Made by a program: the position numbers and the translations under genes
Notes under the pieces: model-generated
Told to the model about the DNA's origin: nothing
Database searches by the model: none
Seen by the model: only the letters and a program-made list of their open reading frames with translations
In this document: in pieces, positions 1-11,127 of the stretch
Layout of the letters: the number at the start of each line of letters is the position of its first letter
Numbering within the stretch: the stretch's first letter is position 1
Origin: a virus
Lineage: Duplodnaviria > Caudoviricetes
Reading direction: 5' to 3' (one strand)
DNA length: 64,000 bases
Virus record (IMG/VR): IMGVR_UViG_3300020045_010129
Coordinates: 2,688 to 66,687 of that record

Positions 1-602
1 TTTTCACATTGTTCAATATTCAAGGTCAGAGGATTATCTTGATGCATTTTATAAACTTTACCTTTTGTCATTAAGAACTTCAAAAGTGATTGAATACGTT
101 CATCATCATTTTCATACAATTCTCTCAACATAGATAAATGTTTCAACCATGTGTTTGTATTAATTTTGCAATCTTCGGTCACACGATTTTGATATTCTTC
201 ATAGCTTAAATCTGTCCATGATTCTATTTCAGGTTTTTTTACGCCGAATTCTTCTCCATAATCCCCTAATCCATATTTTCCACCCTCTTTTATTCTATTA
301 GGTTCTATGTACCAAGCAACCAGTAAAGAGTCTAAAATTGTAGCTTGTATTTTTATATCTTTAAATATCTTCTCAAGGGCAGGTAGGTCAAAAAGAAAAA
401 AATTATGTCCAACTACAGTGTTATTAGGATTTTCAAAAACTTTCTTTACATCTTCTTTTTTATTTGTGGTTTTTATCTGCCATTTTTTATTACTATCTAA
501 AAAAGCAACCCCTAAAACGTGAAAGTCAGATTCTAATCCTTCCATATCTTCAAGAAGTCCTGTAGTTTCAATATCTCCAATAATAACACCGTCTAAATTC
601 AT
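1..602 (-). CDS. polA: Family A (T7/Pol I-type) DNA polymerase, N-terminal 3'-5' exonuclease domain; runs off the left edge
   Basis: Not in the ORF track. Manual translation from ATG at 602: MNLDGVIIGDIETTGLLED...VVGHNFFLFDLPALEK...ILDSLLVAWY...KYGLGDYGEEFGVKK...RVTEDCKIN, i.e. ExoI/II/III motifs in the layout of phage family A polymerases. Open to position 1. Confidence 0.85.
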   Translation of the reverse strand, partial: MNLDGVIIGDIETTGLLEDMEGLESDFHVLGVAFLDSNKKWQIKTTNKKEDVKKVFENPNNTVVGHNFFLFDLPALEKIFKDIKIQATILDSLLVAWYIEPNRIKEGGKYGLGDYGEEFGVKKPEIESWTDLSYEEYQNRVTEDCKINTNTWLKHLSMLRELYENDDERIQSLLKFLMTKGKVYKMHQDNPLTLNIEQCE

Positions 603-631
603 CTCTTTTTAGTTTTTATTTTCGCCCGAAA

Positions 632-3600
632 TTAATCAATAAATTCATCAAAATTTATCCACCCAATAATATTATCAGGCTCTATGTGATATGACATTTT
701 ATCTAACCATTCTTTTCTTGAATGTACATATACGCCAACTTCAAATCTTGGATAACCACCTTTTAAAATTATCAGTAATGGTTTTGTACATTTTAAATCT
801 CGTCCAATATCATCATAATATGTATAGTTAGATTTGTCTTTAGGTATATTTTTATTTATCTTCATCTGTTTTGTGCGATTTATAAGTCATAATTATTAAC
901 TATGTCTTGAACTTCATTTACAGCACCTCTGTATAAGAAACCGTAATTTTTATCTATTTCTACAGAAGCTTGTGCAACCATTTTATTTAGTAGTTTCTTC
1001 GTCGGCTCTTTAGTAGAATATAAGCTTATAAAAATACCATCTCCTAAAAGTGAATTATTAGTGCTTATTCTTACATTGATATCATCAATATATCTATAGC
1101 AAGACCTATCTTTTCTATAACTCTCTCTGTCATCATTATCTACGGTTGTAAACCAAGCATCATTCAAAACAACTTTGTATTTAGATACACCTAATATTTC
1201 CAGGTTTTCTATTGTTATTCCGTCTTTTTGATAACTATACTTCGGAGATTCTTTATACTTTTTAATTTCTATGTGCCAAATCGGTTGATTAACTGTGTAT
1301 TTCATGCGCTATCGCTTTAAATTGTTTCTTTTTAATTGTTTTTTGCGGAAAATTAGTTGATAACTTTATATTGCCTTTTTATTTATTTTTTGCCGATTTT
1401 AATTCTTTTAAAACATCCTGTAAAATATATTTTCGAGCCAAAAAAGAATCAACATTTGGTAGACTGTTAATCATACTTTCTACAACAGCTAGTTTATTCT
1501 CTACAATTTTAATTGCTTCTTCCATGTGTTACATTCTATTAGTGTTTCAATTACTACTATAAATACATTATTGCTCAATTGTAAATTTTTGTCATAACTT
1601 TGACATATTTTTGTTTTCCAATTTTTATCGGCAAAATCTGTATGTTCAGCACCATCAGGATGTATCCAAATTTCAACATTAAAATCTTTCTTAATCTTCT
1701 GTATAACAGGGATTAAAGCATCAAGACTATTCCAATAACGTAAATCTCTATGATATCTACAAACATATCTATAATACATACTTTCAAAAAGTTTCCATCC
1801 GTTTTTATTATGATAACGAAGTAGGTTTATGTTGATGTTTATCTTTTTTACCTCTGCTTTATCTTCTTCGCCGACTTTATAAGAAGTTTGCGTTACTTCT
1901 TGTATGTTAGGTTCAGCACTTACTGTTTCATACCAACCTGCTTTCATTCCTTTTTCTTTCAATTCCGCCGAAAAAGGTAGATAAACAAGATTCATATATT
2001 CAGCTATTAACTTACTACCATTTATAATCTCTGCTTGTGTCATACTACTCTATTTTAATTGTTATCCATTTATACTTCCACGGCATCCATTCCTCCATAT
2101 AATAGAATTCATTAAAGTAAGTAGTTCTGTACTTTATCTTTTCTTGCCGAATTATGCACCACCCAAATAGCTCTCTAGTAAAGTGAATTTCGCCAAAAAA
2201 AGTAATAAAAAACAGAGAAAAACAGATTACTTCCCTAAACTTATTTAATTTAATCTCTTGATAATCTGAAGTTACACTTCCTTCTAATTCTTCCATAATT
2301 TCTTTTCTGTTTTTAATTTTCTTTTGCGATAAATTGCTTTCTATAAGCTATACTATCCGTAGTTGAGCATTTTATAGTGTCTCCTATTTCATATTTTTTA
2401 TAGTCGATTTCATATAGATAAATTCTACCTGTTAATCCGCCGTTATACTTTAAATTAAAGTAAGCACCTATTGGAGGATTACTTTTATGAACTACAATAC
2501 CCCCGCAATATTTTTCAATAGGCTCTTTGGCGCAAGAAACAGTAAAACAACAAATTAATATTAATAATAACTTTTTCATAATTACATATTTACATTAAGA
2601 TTCTTTCTAATAATTGTATCGATTTGACTTGACATATTTTGAAAATAACTATACCTTTGTATTGCAGGAGTATCTGCTATTTCTTCTACTAAGAGTTCAC
2701 CAATTTTAATTAAACTGTTTTTATATTCTAGCATTTCAGGTGTTGATGGTTTTAATTCATCAAGACACTCAAGTAAGAGAAAATTAATCGCTACTAATTT
2801 ATGTGCATTTTTAATTTCTTTTTTCGGATTCATTTTTATTTGAAGTTTTTGTATATTACGTCATTCAACATAATATTAATATCAGTTAAAGTGTTTCTAA
2901 CATTGCCTGTTGGGGTATTTGAAATGTCTTGCTGTATCTTTTTTGAGATTATTTCCAAATCCATAGTTATTTCCGCAATTTTATCGTAGATATTTGCTAA
3001 CGTTTCGGAATGTTCTTTTAGTGGTGTCATCATAATTTTATTCTTTTAAACAGTTTAATATACTTCCCTCAATAACATACGGTACATTTCCAGTGAAATT
3101 AAAATTCATTCCTACTTTAGCTTTTTCCGCCGCAACAGAAAGAACAATATCACCGTATTCCCCTAACCATTTCTGAATTTCATAAATAGAATAAGATTCT
3201 TTAAGGCTTACTACTCCTTTTGATATTAAAAATTCGTGTGCTGTCATAACTGTTCTTTTAATTCTCCAATTGTACTTTTATAACTGTCTCTAAACAAGTT
3301 AAATTTAAGCGTACCTTCTTTTTCAGTTTCATATAATTGTATTAAAGCATTTTGAAAACTAATAATATTATTTTTAGTAGTGTGTGTTCTATTTGATTTT
3401 AAATACTTATCTACTACTTGGTCATAAGCTATTATAAAACTTTCAGAAGCAGTTCTCATTTCTGTATTCCACTCTTGTTCATTTATTTTTGCGCAAAATT
3501 GATTTCTTGCTTCTTTTAAATAATCTTCAAATGTTTCCATAGCTATTTAATATTTTCTAGTGGATAAGCATTTATAATTGAAAGTTCTCTAGCTTCTTCA

Positions 3601-3812
3601 AAGTCGTTAGCTTCAGGCATTAATTCAACGTCATCTAATTCCACTCTACTAGCTTGATTTAAAGCTTCTTCCACGTGCATTTTTGTAAATCTTCTCATTG
3701 CTTCAAAAACGTGTTTATGTAGACCTAATTTTCTAAGCTCTGTTAACATACTAAATTCTTTTTCTGAGCTTATAACTTCACTCCAAAATTCTTCTGCTGT
3801 TGGTAAATTCAT
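632..3812 (-). other. Array of small, tightly packed hypothetical CDSs (65-180 aa)
   Basis: Co-oriented ORFs with near-abutting or overlapping stops and starts; no recognisable domains. Confidence 0.7.
2313..2579 (-). CDS. Small predicted lipoprotein
   Basis: MKK, hydrophobic stretch and lipobox-like VSC (MKKLLLILICCFTVSCAKE). Confidence 0.55.
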   Translation of the reverse strand: MKKLLLILICCFTVSCAKEPIEKYCGGIVVHKSNPPIGAYFNLKYNGGLTGRIYLYEIDYKKYEIGDTIKCSTTDSIAYRKQFIAKEN

Positions 3813-3832
3813 AGTTTCTTATTTTTATATTA

Positions 3833-3863
3833 CAAATATACAACAGTTATTTTAATTGTACAA
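3833..3863 (-). promoter_or_regulatory. Bacteroidota housekeeping-sigma promoter (-33 TTG / -7 TAnnTTTG)
   Basis: Minus strand TTG-N20-TATATTTG directly upstream of ORF 3543..3812. Confidence 0.75.
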
Positions 3864-3935
3864 GAAAATTTCTGTTTATTTTTCATTTTTCGCCGCAAAA
3901 AACAAAAAAGACAGCTAAAAAACTGTCTCTAAAGA

Positions 3936-5033
3936 TTAAAAGGGGTCTGAATTGTCTTTCTTATCAGGCAAATCAAAAGCATCATTTAAACTGGCTGGTT
4001 TAATTGGTGGAAATTTATCAGGTAGTTCAAAGGTAGGAGCTGTAAAAACAGGAGCTTTATTAAAACTAACCTGTTTAGATTTTTCAAACGGTTTAATTTC
4101 TATTGTGTATAAGTCTGTAAATCCAATATCAGCAGTTCTGTCTTTAAGCACTTCGACAAATATACATCCTTCTGTAATCAATGAAACCTTACCGTGTTTA
4201 TTTTCATCCGTAAATCTATGTTTTAAGTGCGGATATTTTTCAGGATTTATAAGCCTATATTGCTCAATTCCTACAAAATCTGCGTTTTGTAAACCATATA
4301 TATAATCTGATATATGATAAACAGTATCACTTTGATAAAAATCTCCTCTTTGTATAGCCGACTGATTTGATTTTTCAGCAACACGGGTCAAAATTGACCT
4401 ATTTAATTGCATTAATATAACTACTAGGAAGTTAGAGTACTTGTTTTTCAGTTCGTTTAACCCCTCTACAACATCATCCACAGATATTTTCTTATTTTCA
4501 TTGCTACTTTTAATAAGTCCTGCGTGGTCTAAGTCAAGTACCACCAATGATTTATTAATATGTTGAGCTAAAAAATCATCAACAGATTGTAGGAACTCTT
4601 TAGATGTTTGAGGCACTTGATTTACAAAAAATCTACCGTCTGTTCTTTCTAAATAATACTTCTTTAATTTTTCCTTATCGTCTTCTGTAAAGTCTTTTCC
4701 AAGTATATTTTTAAAATCAGATTTCAACAGTTTTTTTACATCTCTAAGTGTTGTCGCAAAATTAGTCATCTCATATGCATTAGACAACCAAACATAATTT
4801 CCCGCTTCTTCATTTATTTTCACATTCATTATATCAGACTTCAAGTTTTCAAGTTCTGTGCTTTTACCCCCAAAGCTCGATGCCACGATTGTAATTAAAC
4901 TTCTAGGAGTTACCCCTCCTTGATGGTCTAGCCAAGGTCTATTTGTCTTTACTTGTTTTATCTTACCACTTTGATATTTTTTAATTGTTGAAAAAGTCTC
5001 ATCTAATGCTATTTTAAGTGGTTGTATTGCCAT
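3936..5033 (-). CDS. dnaB: DnaB-like (SF4) replicative helicase
   Basis: Walker A ASSFGGKST, Walker B-like VVLDLDH, ILMQLNR, SDTVYHISD and EVLKDR match SF4 helicase motifs. Confidence 0.8.
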   Translation of the reverse strand: MAIQPLKIALDETFSTIKKYQSGKIKQVKTNRPWLDHQGGVTPRSLITIVASSFGGKSTELENLKSDIMNVKINEEAGNYVWLSNAYEMTNFATTLRDVKKLLKSDFKNILGKDFTEDDKEKLKKYYLERTDGRFFVNQVPQTSKEFLQSVDDFLAQHINKSLVVLDLDHAGLIKSSNENKKISVDDVVEGLNELKNKYSNFLVVILMQLNRSILTRVAEKSNQSAIQRGDFYQSDTVYHISDYIYGLQNADFVGIEQYRLINPEKYPHLKHRFTDENKHGKVSLITEGCIFVEVLKDRTADIGFTDLYTIEIKPFEKSKQVSFNKAPVFTAPTFELPDKFPPIKPASLNDAFDLPDKKDNSDPF

Positions 5034-5036
5034 AAT

Positions 5037-5642
5037 CTATTCTTCTGTTTTTATCTTTTTTGCCCAATATTGTCTTACTTCTTCCTCTCTTTGTTCATAG
5101 AATTGTAAAATTACAGAGTCCTCAACATGGTTTTTGAAGTCCCCATATCTTACTTTATTTCTGTCCATGAAAAGATTTTCTAATTTACGTGTATAAATAT
5201 GTTCTTGGAGAAAAAATTCGCAAAGGTAATAAAAACGATATATATCTAATCCTAAATGATTTTGTAATACGGCTATATATTGAGTTATTAATTTTTTATT
5301 ACCTACTACTCTCTCTTTATCCTCATTTGATAAATACATGGAAATTAAATAGTCTCGCATTTTAACATGCTCCTCTAAAATTTCAGGAGTTGTTATATCT
5401 TCTAAAATCTTTTTACCTTTCGCCGAAAGTCTTATTAAATTATAAGGTGTTTCAGACTTCTTTTTTTGCTTTACAGACTCCAATAGTCCTAATTCATATA
5501 GTTGCTTTAAATCAGCTGAAAAGGCTTCATTTGACAATGTTTCACTCTCATCATTAGTCCGATTTTGGTTTGCCGCGAAAAGAACAGGAATAAAAGAAAC
5601 AGATAAATTTAATTGCCTAAGTAATGAGAAGTTAATGTACAT
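5037..5642 (-). CDS. Winged-helix protein upstream of the helicase (possible replication accessory or loader)
   Basis: LKQLYELGLL...IRLSAKGKKILE resembles a wHTH recognition helix and wing; the functional guess is from position only. Confidence 0.4.
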   Translation of the reverse strand: MYINFSLLRQLNLSVSFIPVLFAANQNRTNDESETLSNEAFSADLKQLYELGLLESVKQKKKSETPYNLIRLSAKGKKILEDITTPEILEEHVKMRDYLISMYLSNEDKERVVGNKKLITQYIAVLQNHLGLDIYRFYYLCEFFLQEHIYTRKLENLFMDRNKVRYGDFKNHVEDSVILQFYEQREEEVRQYWAKKIKTEE

Positions 5643-5653
5643 AATTAAATGTT

Positions 5654-6358
5654 TTAATCCGTTATTTCTATTTTGTAATTATACATTGATGTATAACAAA
5701 GTTTTGTAATCTGTTCTCTCCATTTGTCAGCGATTTCTTTTATCCAATCCTCTTTAGCGATTTTATAAGCATAGAAAGCTTCTTCAGAACTGTTGTATAT
5801 ACCTAAATGTATCTTATCTCCTCCTTTTCTCAAGTATGCATAAAACTTATTTCCTATTTTTTTCACACCTATTGGTAAATTTCCTTTATTATAACTTGTA
5901 AATAAAATGTTAATCTCCTGTGGTACAAAGCAACAGGTTTCGGGACTGTAAATTTTATTTCCCTTGAACAGAACATCTTTATCTAAAACAAAACCTTGAA
6001 CGTAATTTTCCTCATACCACTGAGCAAAATTTTGGAAATTGTGCCATTCTTTTCCAACACTACAATCAATATAAGTTGGATATTTTTCTTTAGTGCTATA
6101 ACACCTATCGAACACAGCAGTCCATCGAATATAAGCTTGCCTCGCATTCTTATTATTGTATTCTCCATAGCCTATAAACCCAATATTCTTTAAAGAAGGT
6201 GTGTTTTTATTTTTTACTTTCCCTTTTCTTACATTATCCGCGCTCATATTTGTCCTAATTTCTCCTGTATCGAATTGAATCGTACAACTAATAGAACTTA
6301 TATATTTTATTACCGTATACCCACAACCTTCGGTATTTATAAACCTCTTTCCTTCCAT
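5654..6358 (-). CDS. Free-standing HNH-type homing endonuclease-like protein with AP2-like C-terminus
   Basis: W..F..RCY, WHNFQNFAQWY, LDKDVLFKGNKIYSPETCCFVP, HLGIYNSSEEAFYAY; paralog of 48455..49201. Confidence 0.7.
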   Translation of the reverse strand: MEGKRFINTEGCGYTVIKYISSISCTIQFDTGEIRTNMSADNVRKGKVKNKNTPSLKNIGFIGYGEYNNKNARQAYIRWTAVFDRCYSTKEKYPTYIDCSVGKEWHNFQNFAQWYEENYVQGFVLDKDVLFKGNKIYSPETCCFVPQEINILFTSYNKGNLPIGVKKIGNKFYAYLRKGGDKIHLGIYNSSEEAFYAYKIAKEDWIKEIADKWREQITKLCYTSMYNYKIEITD

Positions 6359-8451
6359 TTTTAAGTTTTTAGTTGAAATTAAATTAATTTAGCTCCCCAT
6401 AAAATTATGAAGTAAATACACGACCAAGTAACTATCATTGAGAACACTGTTAACATCGTAGATGGAACAACCATCTCTCCTTTACAATTCCTCCACATCC
6501 AATTCAATAAATGCTGTATCCCAAACATTATAATTACTAAACATATTATTGCAAATATTTCCATAATCTTAAAAATAATTTTGAATTACTGTTTTATTTT
6601 CTTCTGTTAGTTTTACTTCGCCCGAAATAATCTCTAATAAAGCACATCTTTTACATCTAGGAATATATTGAGTACTTAACTCATCTGCTCTATCGTTCCA
6701 TTCATCCATTTCCCACATAAAACCATTACTAACATCTTCATCGCTACAACTTGTTCTATCGTGTTCTGGATATATTAAATCAATTAATTCTTTTGCTTTC
6801 ATAACGTCTAAATTTTATTATTTAACAGTTCTTCAAACATTTCGAAACATCTATATACAGCTTCTGAAGCACTTACCTCTCCTTCTGATGATGCTATTTC
6901 TTGTTGAATCTTTTTGCGCGCCGTTTCTAAAAGTTCTTTCATACGTTTTTATATTTTGGACTTGCTCCGAGAAGTACGGCTACAGATATTCGTTTTTTAT
7001 CATATTCTCTCAACCACCTACAATGTTTTCTAATTATCTCATCACCTATTTTAGCATCTAAGATATAATCATTAAATGGAATTATTTTCTGTCCTTGTTC
7101 GTTTAATTCGGCGTTTTCTAGCAATTTATTGAAGTCGGCTGAAGGTTCAGACTTAGCATACATCTCAGAATATATGTCCATTACTTTTTGTAATAATTTT
7201 TCTGTTTTCATCTTTTTTGCGCGATTTTAATAAAAATAAATACAAGGAATGTAAGTTCCATATCGTTCTTTCTCGCCGTTATAATTCGTATAACTTAAAG
7301 TTGGAAATAAGTATGGATTTTTCTTTGCAAAATCTAAAACAATTTCTAAATGCTCCATAGATATACTTCCACAAGCGTGAGGTGAGATAGGTAAAATTTC
7401 ATATCTGCCTACTTCATCCTTTTTCTCTTGAATACTCCAACTTACATCATAGCCTGTTATTTGAGAATTCTTTTTGCCGTTTAATAGTCTTAACAGTTCG
7501 TGTAGTTTCTGTTCTTTTTTATTTAAAGTTTTTATTTTAGCCTTTTCTTCCGCGGGTCTTACTTTTAGAATCTGTTCTTTAGTCTTTAGCGCGCCGTCAA
7601 AATCATTAAACTCTTTAACTGAATCACAGATGTACAAAGTGTTTTCTTTTATCAAAACATAAGGAAAACCAATAAGGTCTTCAATTTTGTCTCCTAAAAT
7701 ATATCCTATACTAAGCAAGTGTTCTATATGTTTTCTGCCTAAATCTTTCGTTTTCATTATGCTACAGTTTCAGATTCTGCACAAGTCGGCGCATTTAAAA
7801 TTTCATCTACAATTTCTCTATCAATATCGCTCAAAGAAAGGTTTCTATACGCTTTATCAAAGAACATATAAGCTATTTTATGATTATTTTTAGCCAAAAC
7901 AAGATAATCATTATAGATTTTATCGTAAAATATTTCACGAGAATTTCTAAAATTAATCTCATTTATCTCATCCCAAATGTCTCTTTCAATTTCATTGTAT
8001 TTGGTTAAAGATTCCTCATAATCTTTCCACTCTTTTGAAGTTTCTGCGTTATATTCTAGAATAGCTTTCAATTCAGATGCTTCTTCTTTAGTGTATAAAA
8101 CAGTTGACTTAATTTCCTTTTGTTCGTTAACTTTATTCGAAATAAATCTGTTACTATCATAAGAATTATTTACCGAAGATGTTTGCAACGCTTTATTCTT
8201 TGCGTCAATATAATCTTGCGCTTCTTTATCTGTTTCGAATACAAAAGATTCATAACCTACTTGGTAATATTTTTGAGTTGGTGGAGTGACAATTTGTAAT
8301 TCATTAATAGGTTTTTGCGGAATAATAACTCCTCTATTAGCACAATCTATTTTTGCATAGTATTGTACTTGTTCGGCTGTTAAAGCTACTTTTTCTTCTT
8401 TTGTTAAATCATTGAATGTTTTCATATTTTTGGTTTTATTTATTTCTTGTA

Positions 8452-8481
8452 CAAATGTAATACTTATTTTTGAATTTACAA
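8452..8481 (-). promoter_or_regulatory. Host-type promoter
   Basis: TTG-N19-TACATTTG upstream of ORF 7757..8425. Confidence 0.7.
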
Positions 8482-8505
8482 CTGTTTTATTTCTTTTTTC
8501 GCCGA

Positions 8506-9420
8506 TTATTTACCAAATCCTAACTTCTTAGTTTGAGTTTGTTCACTTTCAATATCCATAACTCTGTCTAAAATCCACTGTTTTAGTTCATCAATTGTCT
8601 TGCCTTTCATAGAAGCTACGTCTTTTTTAAAGTCAACTGTCATCCCTATTTTATCAAAGCTAGAAGATAAAAACTGACTTATTAGTCTCTCATCTTGAAT
8701 TCCTGTAACTTCAATTTTATATTTAATTCTAGAAGGTCTGTCTTTTATTGTTTCGGGAATTTTATCAATATAATTTGTGGTCATCATAAAGAAACAGTTG
8801 TCTATTGAATCTGTTCCATCTAACATTCTTTTTAAAGTGGTTTCGCAACCATACTCAGTGAAATACTCATCAAATTCATCCATAAAGATAACCATTGGAT
8901 TGTCCTGAACTTTTCTTATTTTTTGCAGAAAATCCCACCAAATACCTATTCCCGCAGGAGAAATTACATTAAAAACTAAAGCTTCATTATCATTTACAGC
9001 GTTATTGAAATATTTTTTAAACATTGAAGTTTTGCCTGTTCCGTGTTTTCCGTATAATAATATTCCTAGTTTATGATTATAACCTAAAGTGTTTATCTTT
9101 TGTTTAATTTCGGGCAAAAAGAATTTAGAATAGATATTTTTAATTTTATCTTCATAATAAAAATCTAAATCATTATTAAGTAGTTCTCTGTCTTCATTCT
9201 TTGTAAGCTTTAATTCATACCCATTATTAGTACTTACAACTGATAAATTATAAACTCCTTTATCTAATTTCTTGGTGGCGTATTTAGTACTTAAAATAGA
9301 GAAAGTAATTGAACCATCTTCTAAGTAATAGAATGATTTTAAATTTGTTGTGTTATTATCTCCTTGGATTTTTTCTCTTAATGTAGGTTCTGAACTTTCA
9401 AGTTTTATTGTATCACTCAT
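8506..9420 (-). CDS. AAA+ ATPase
   Basis: Walker A GKHGTGKT, Walker B VIFMDEFD, sensor MTTNYIDKI, arginine finger RPSRI. Confidence 0.85.
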   Translation of the reverse strand: MSDTIKLESSEPTLREKIQGDNNTTNLKSFYYLEDGSITFSILSTKYATKKLDKGVYNLSVVSTNNGYELKLTKNEDRELLNNDLDFYYEDKIKNIYSKFFLPEIKQKINTLGYNHKLGILLYGKHGTGKTSMFKKYFNNAVNDNEALVFNVISPAGIGIWWDFLQKIRKVQDNPMVIFMDEFDEYFTEYGCETTLKRMLDGTDSIDNCFFMMTTNYIDKIPETIKDRPSRIKYKIEVTGIQDERLISQFLSSSFDKIGMTVDFKKDVASMKGKTIDELKQWILDRVMDIESEQTQTKKLGFGK

Positions 9421-9447
9421 AATTTAATTTTTTAGATTTCTATTCTA

Positions 9448-9477
9448 CAAAGATAGTGTATATTTCCGAATAAACAA
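9448..9477 (-). promoter_or_regulatory. Host-type promoter
   Basis: TTG-N19-TATCTTTG upstream of the AAA ATPase. Confidence 0.7.
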
Positions 9478-9596
9478 GAGAATTTCTACTTTATTTTCAG
9501 AAAATTGCATAGTTTGGGTTTCTTACAGTTATCTTATATTTACTTTCCGTTTCTTTTTTCTACTGTTTTTTTACCCTTTGTTTACGCCGAAAATGG

Positions 9597-10418
9597 TTAT
9601 TTTAACCTACTAACTCCTATTTCAATAGCGTTAGAATTTATATCACACCCTATGAAATTTCTTTTTAGCTCTTTACAAACCTCTGCTGTAGTAAAACTTC
9701 CTGCATAAAAATCAGCAACTAAGTCTCCTTCGTTTGAACTTGCATTTATAAACTTAGCAATCAGTTCTTTTGGCTTTTGAGTGTCATAACCATTTCTTTC
9801 CGAATGTGCTTGTGGCAATGCGTTCATATTTATCCAATCTCTTGGAGGCGAATAAGGACTATTCCAGTAAATTTTTCCGTTTTTGGTAGTTGGTATAAGA
9901 CCGTGTTCTTTTATTTCCTTATGCCATCTTTTTTGAGTACTTTCTCCAATCTCATTTTCTCTTACCTTTTCTAAATTAAAAGTCCATTTTTTGCTTTTAG
10001 AGTAAAGTAATATTACATCGTGTTTTTCGCTCCATTTGTTTTTATTAAAACCTTGTGAGCGATAGCACCAGATAATTTCATTAAGCATTCTTTCATAACC
10101 AAAAATATCATCCATAAGGCAACGAACCCAATGATTTATCTTCGTGTCCATTTGCAAATAAATACTTCCTGTTGGTTTTAGTATTCGGTGCATTTCCTTT
10201 AATCTCGGTATGTAATGATTTTCAATATCAATTCTGCTTGGTTTTAGGTCTTGGTAATCTTTAAATTTTCTGCCAGTTCCATAAAGAATATCGCAATAAA
10301 TTAAATCAATTGAATTATTCTCTATCTCTGCCATTAGAAGTAAATTATCTTCATTAAATAAAATGGCATTTTCTACCACTTCTTTTTTTAATCCTTTTAC
10401 ATTTTTAAACACGCTCAT
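9597..10418 (-). CDS. Beta-class amino-DNA methyltransferase-like protein (N6A/N4C) with non-canonical motifs
   Basis: Motif order DLIYCDILY ... RILKPTGSIY ... NEIIW ... TQKPKELI ... DFYAGSFTT ... FIGCDIN. Start placed at ATG 10418 because a promoter lies within the longer ORF-track N-terminus. Confidence 0.75.
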   Translation of the reverse strand: MSVFKNVKGLKKEVVENAILFNEDNLLLMAEIENNSIDLIYCDILYGTGRKFKDYQDLKPSRIDIENHYIPRLKEMHRILKPTGSIYLQMDTKINHWVRCLMDDIFGYERMLNEIIWCYRSQGFNKNKWSEKHDVILLYSKSKKWTFNLEKVRENEIGESTQKRWHKEIKEHGLIPTTKNGKIYWNSPYSPPRDWINMNALPQAHSERNGYDTQKPKELIAKFINASSNEGDLVADFYAGSFTTAEVCKELKRNFIGCDINSNAIEIGVSRLK

Positions 10419-10437
10419 ACTTTTATATTTTGTTTGA

Positions 10438-10467
10438 CAAAGGTAATATTTATTTGTGAATAGACAA
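10438..10467 (-). promoter_or_regulatory. Host-type promoter
   Basis: TTG-N19-TACCTTTG about 20 bp upstream of the MTase ATG. Confidence 0.7.
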
Positions 10468-11041
10468 TAGAAATTCCGCATTATTTTTAAAATAATTTTA
10501 TTTACCTACAGGATACAGCAAGCTATTACCCCTGCATTTACCTAATACAGAAATTTGTAGTAGCTTAGGAATCTACCTACCCCCTATAACCAATCCCGCC
10601 CCTGCACCTACGTTTCATAGGTAGAATAAGTATTTTAACCTTATTCGTTTTTCGGTCATTGTTTAAGAACTCTTTCGAGAATGCAGTCGCCCGTCAATTA
10701 GCTTTGAATTGTTGCGGGACTCTTTTAACAATGGATTATAAGACATTTTTATTTCTATAATTACTCTATTCTATTATTCTCCCTTATTTTATCCACCCTG
10801 TTGTGAAGTTTTTTTGGTATGGAGCTGAAAACCAATTACCGAATGTTGTAAAAATAGAAAATCCTGTAAATGGAAAAACCCCCAAACTAAAAAAGCTGAA
10901 CTCAGGTAACCATCACGTAATCCTTTTGTTCAGCTCTAATTGTTAAGAGGTTTAGTCTTAATATTATTATTGATTTTTTAAGGTGATGGTTAAAATCTTT
11001 CTATGTCTTTTTAAAAATGAGAGGTTTATCTCATTATCCCG

Positions 11042-11072
11042 CAAATATACAACAATAAAACATAGCTTCCAA
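11042..11072 (-). promoter_or_regulatory. Host-type promoter driving a ~550-nt region with no long ORF
   Basis: TTG-N20-TATATTTG. Confidence 0.7.
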
Positions 11073-11127
11073 ATCTCTTATTTTCAATCAAACTATTTGT
11101 CACAAATTAAGTTTTTCTTCACACCTC

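Noticed and set aside
10419-10481. N-terminal extension of the MTase in the ORF track
   Set aside because: It contains the promoter boxes; ATG 10418 is the likelier start.
10500-10612. TAG read-through or alternative genetic code (MKRRCRGGIGYRGR*IPKLL...)
   Set aside because: TAG ends well-packed genes (2045, 5037, 35432) and long genes are not interrupted by TAG, so the standard code fits.
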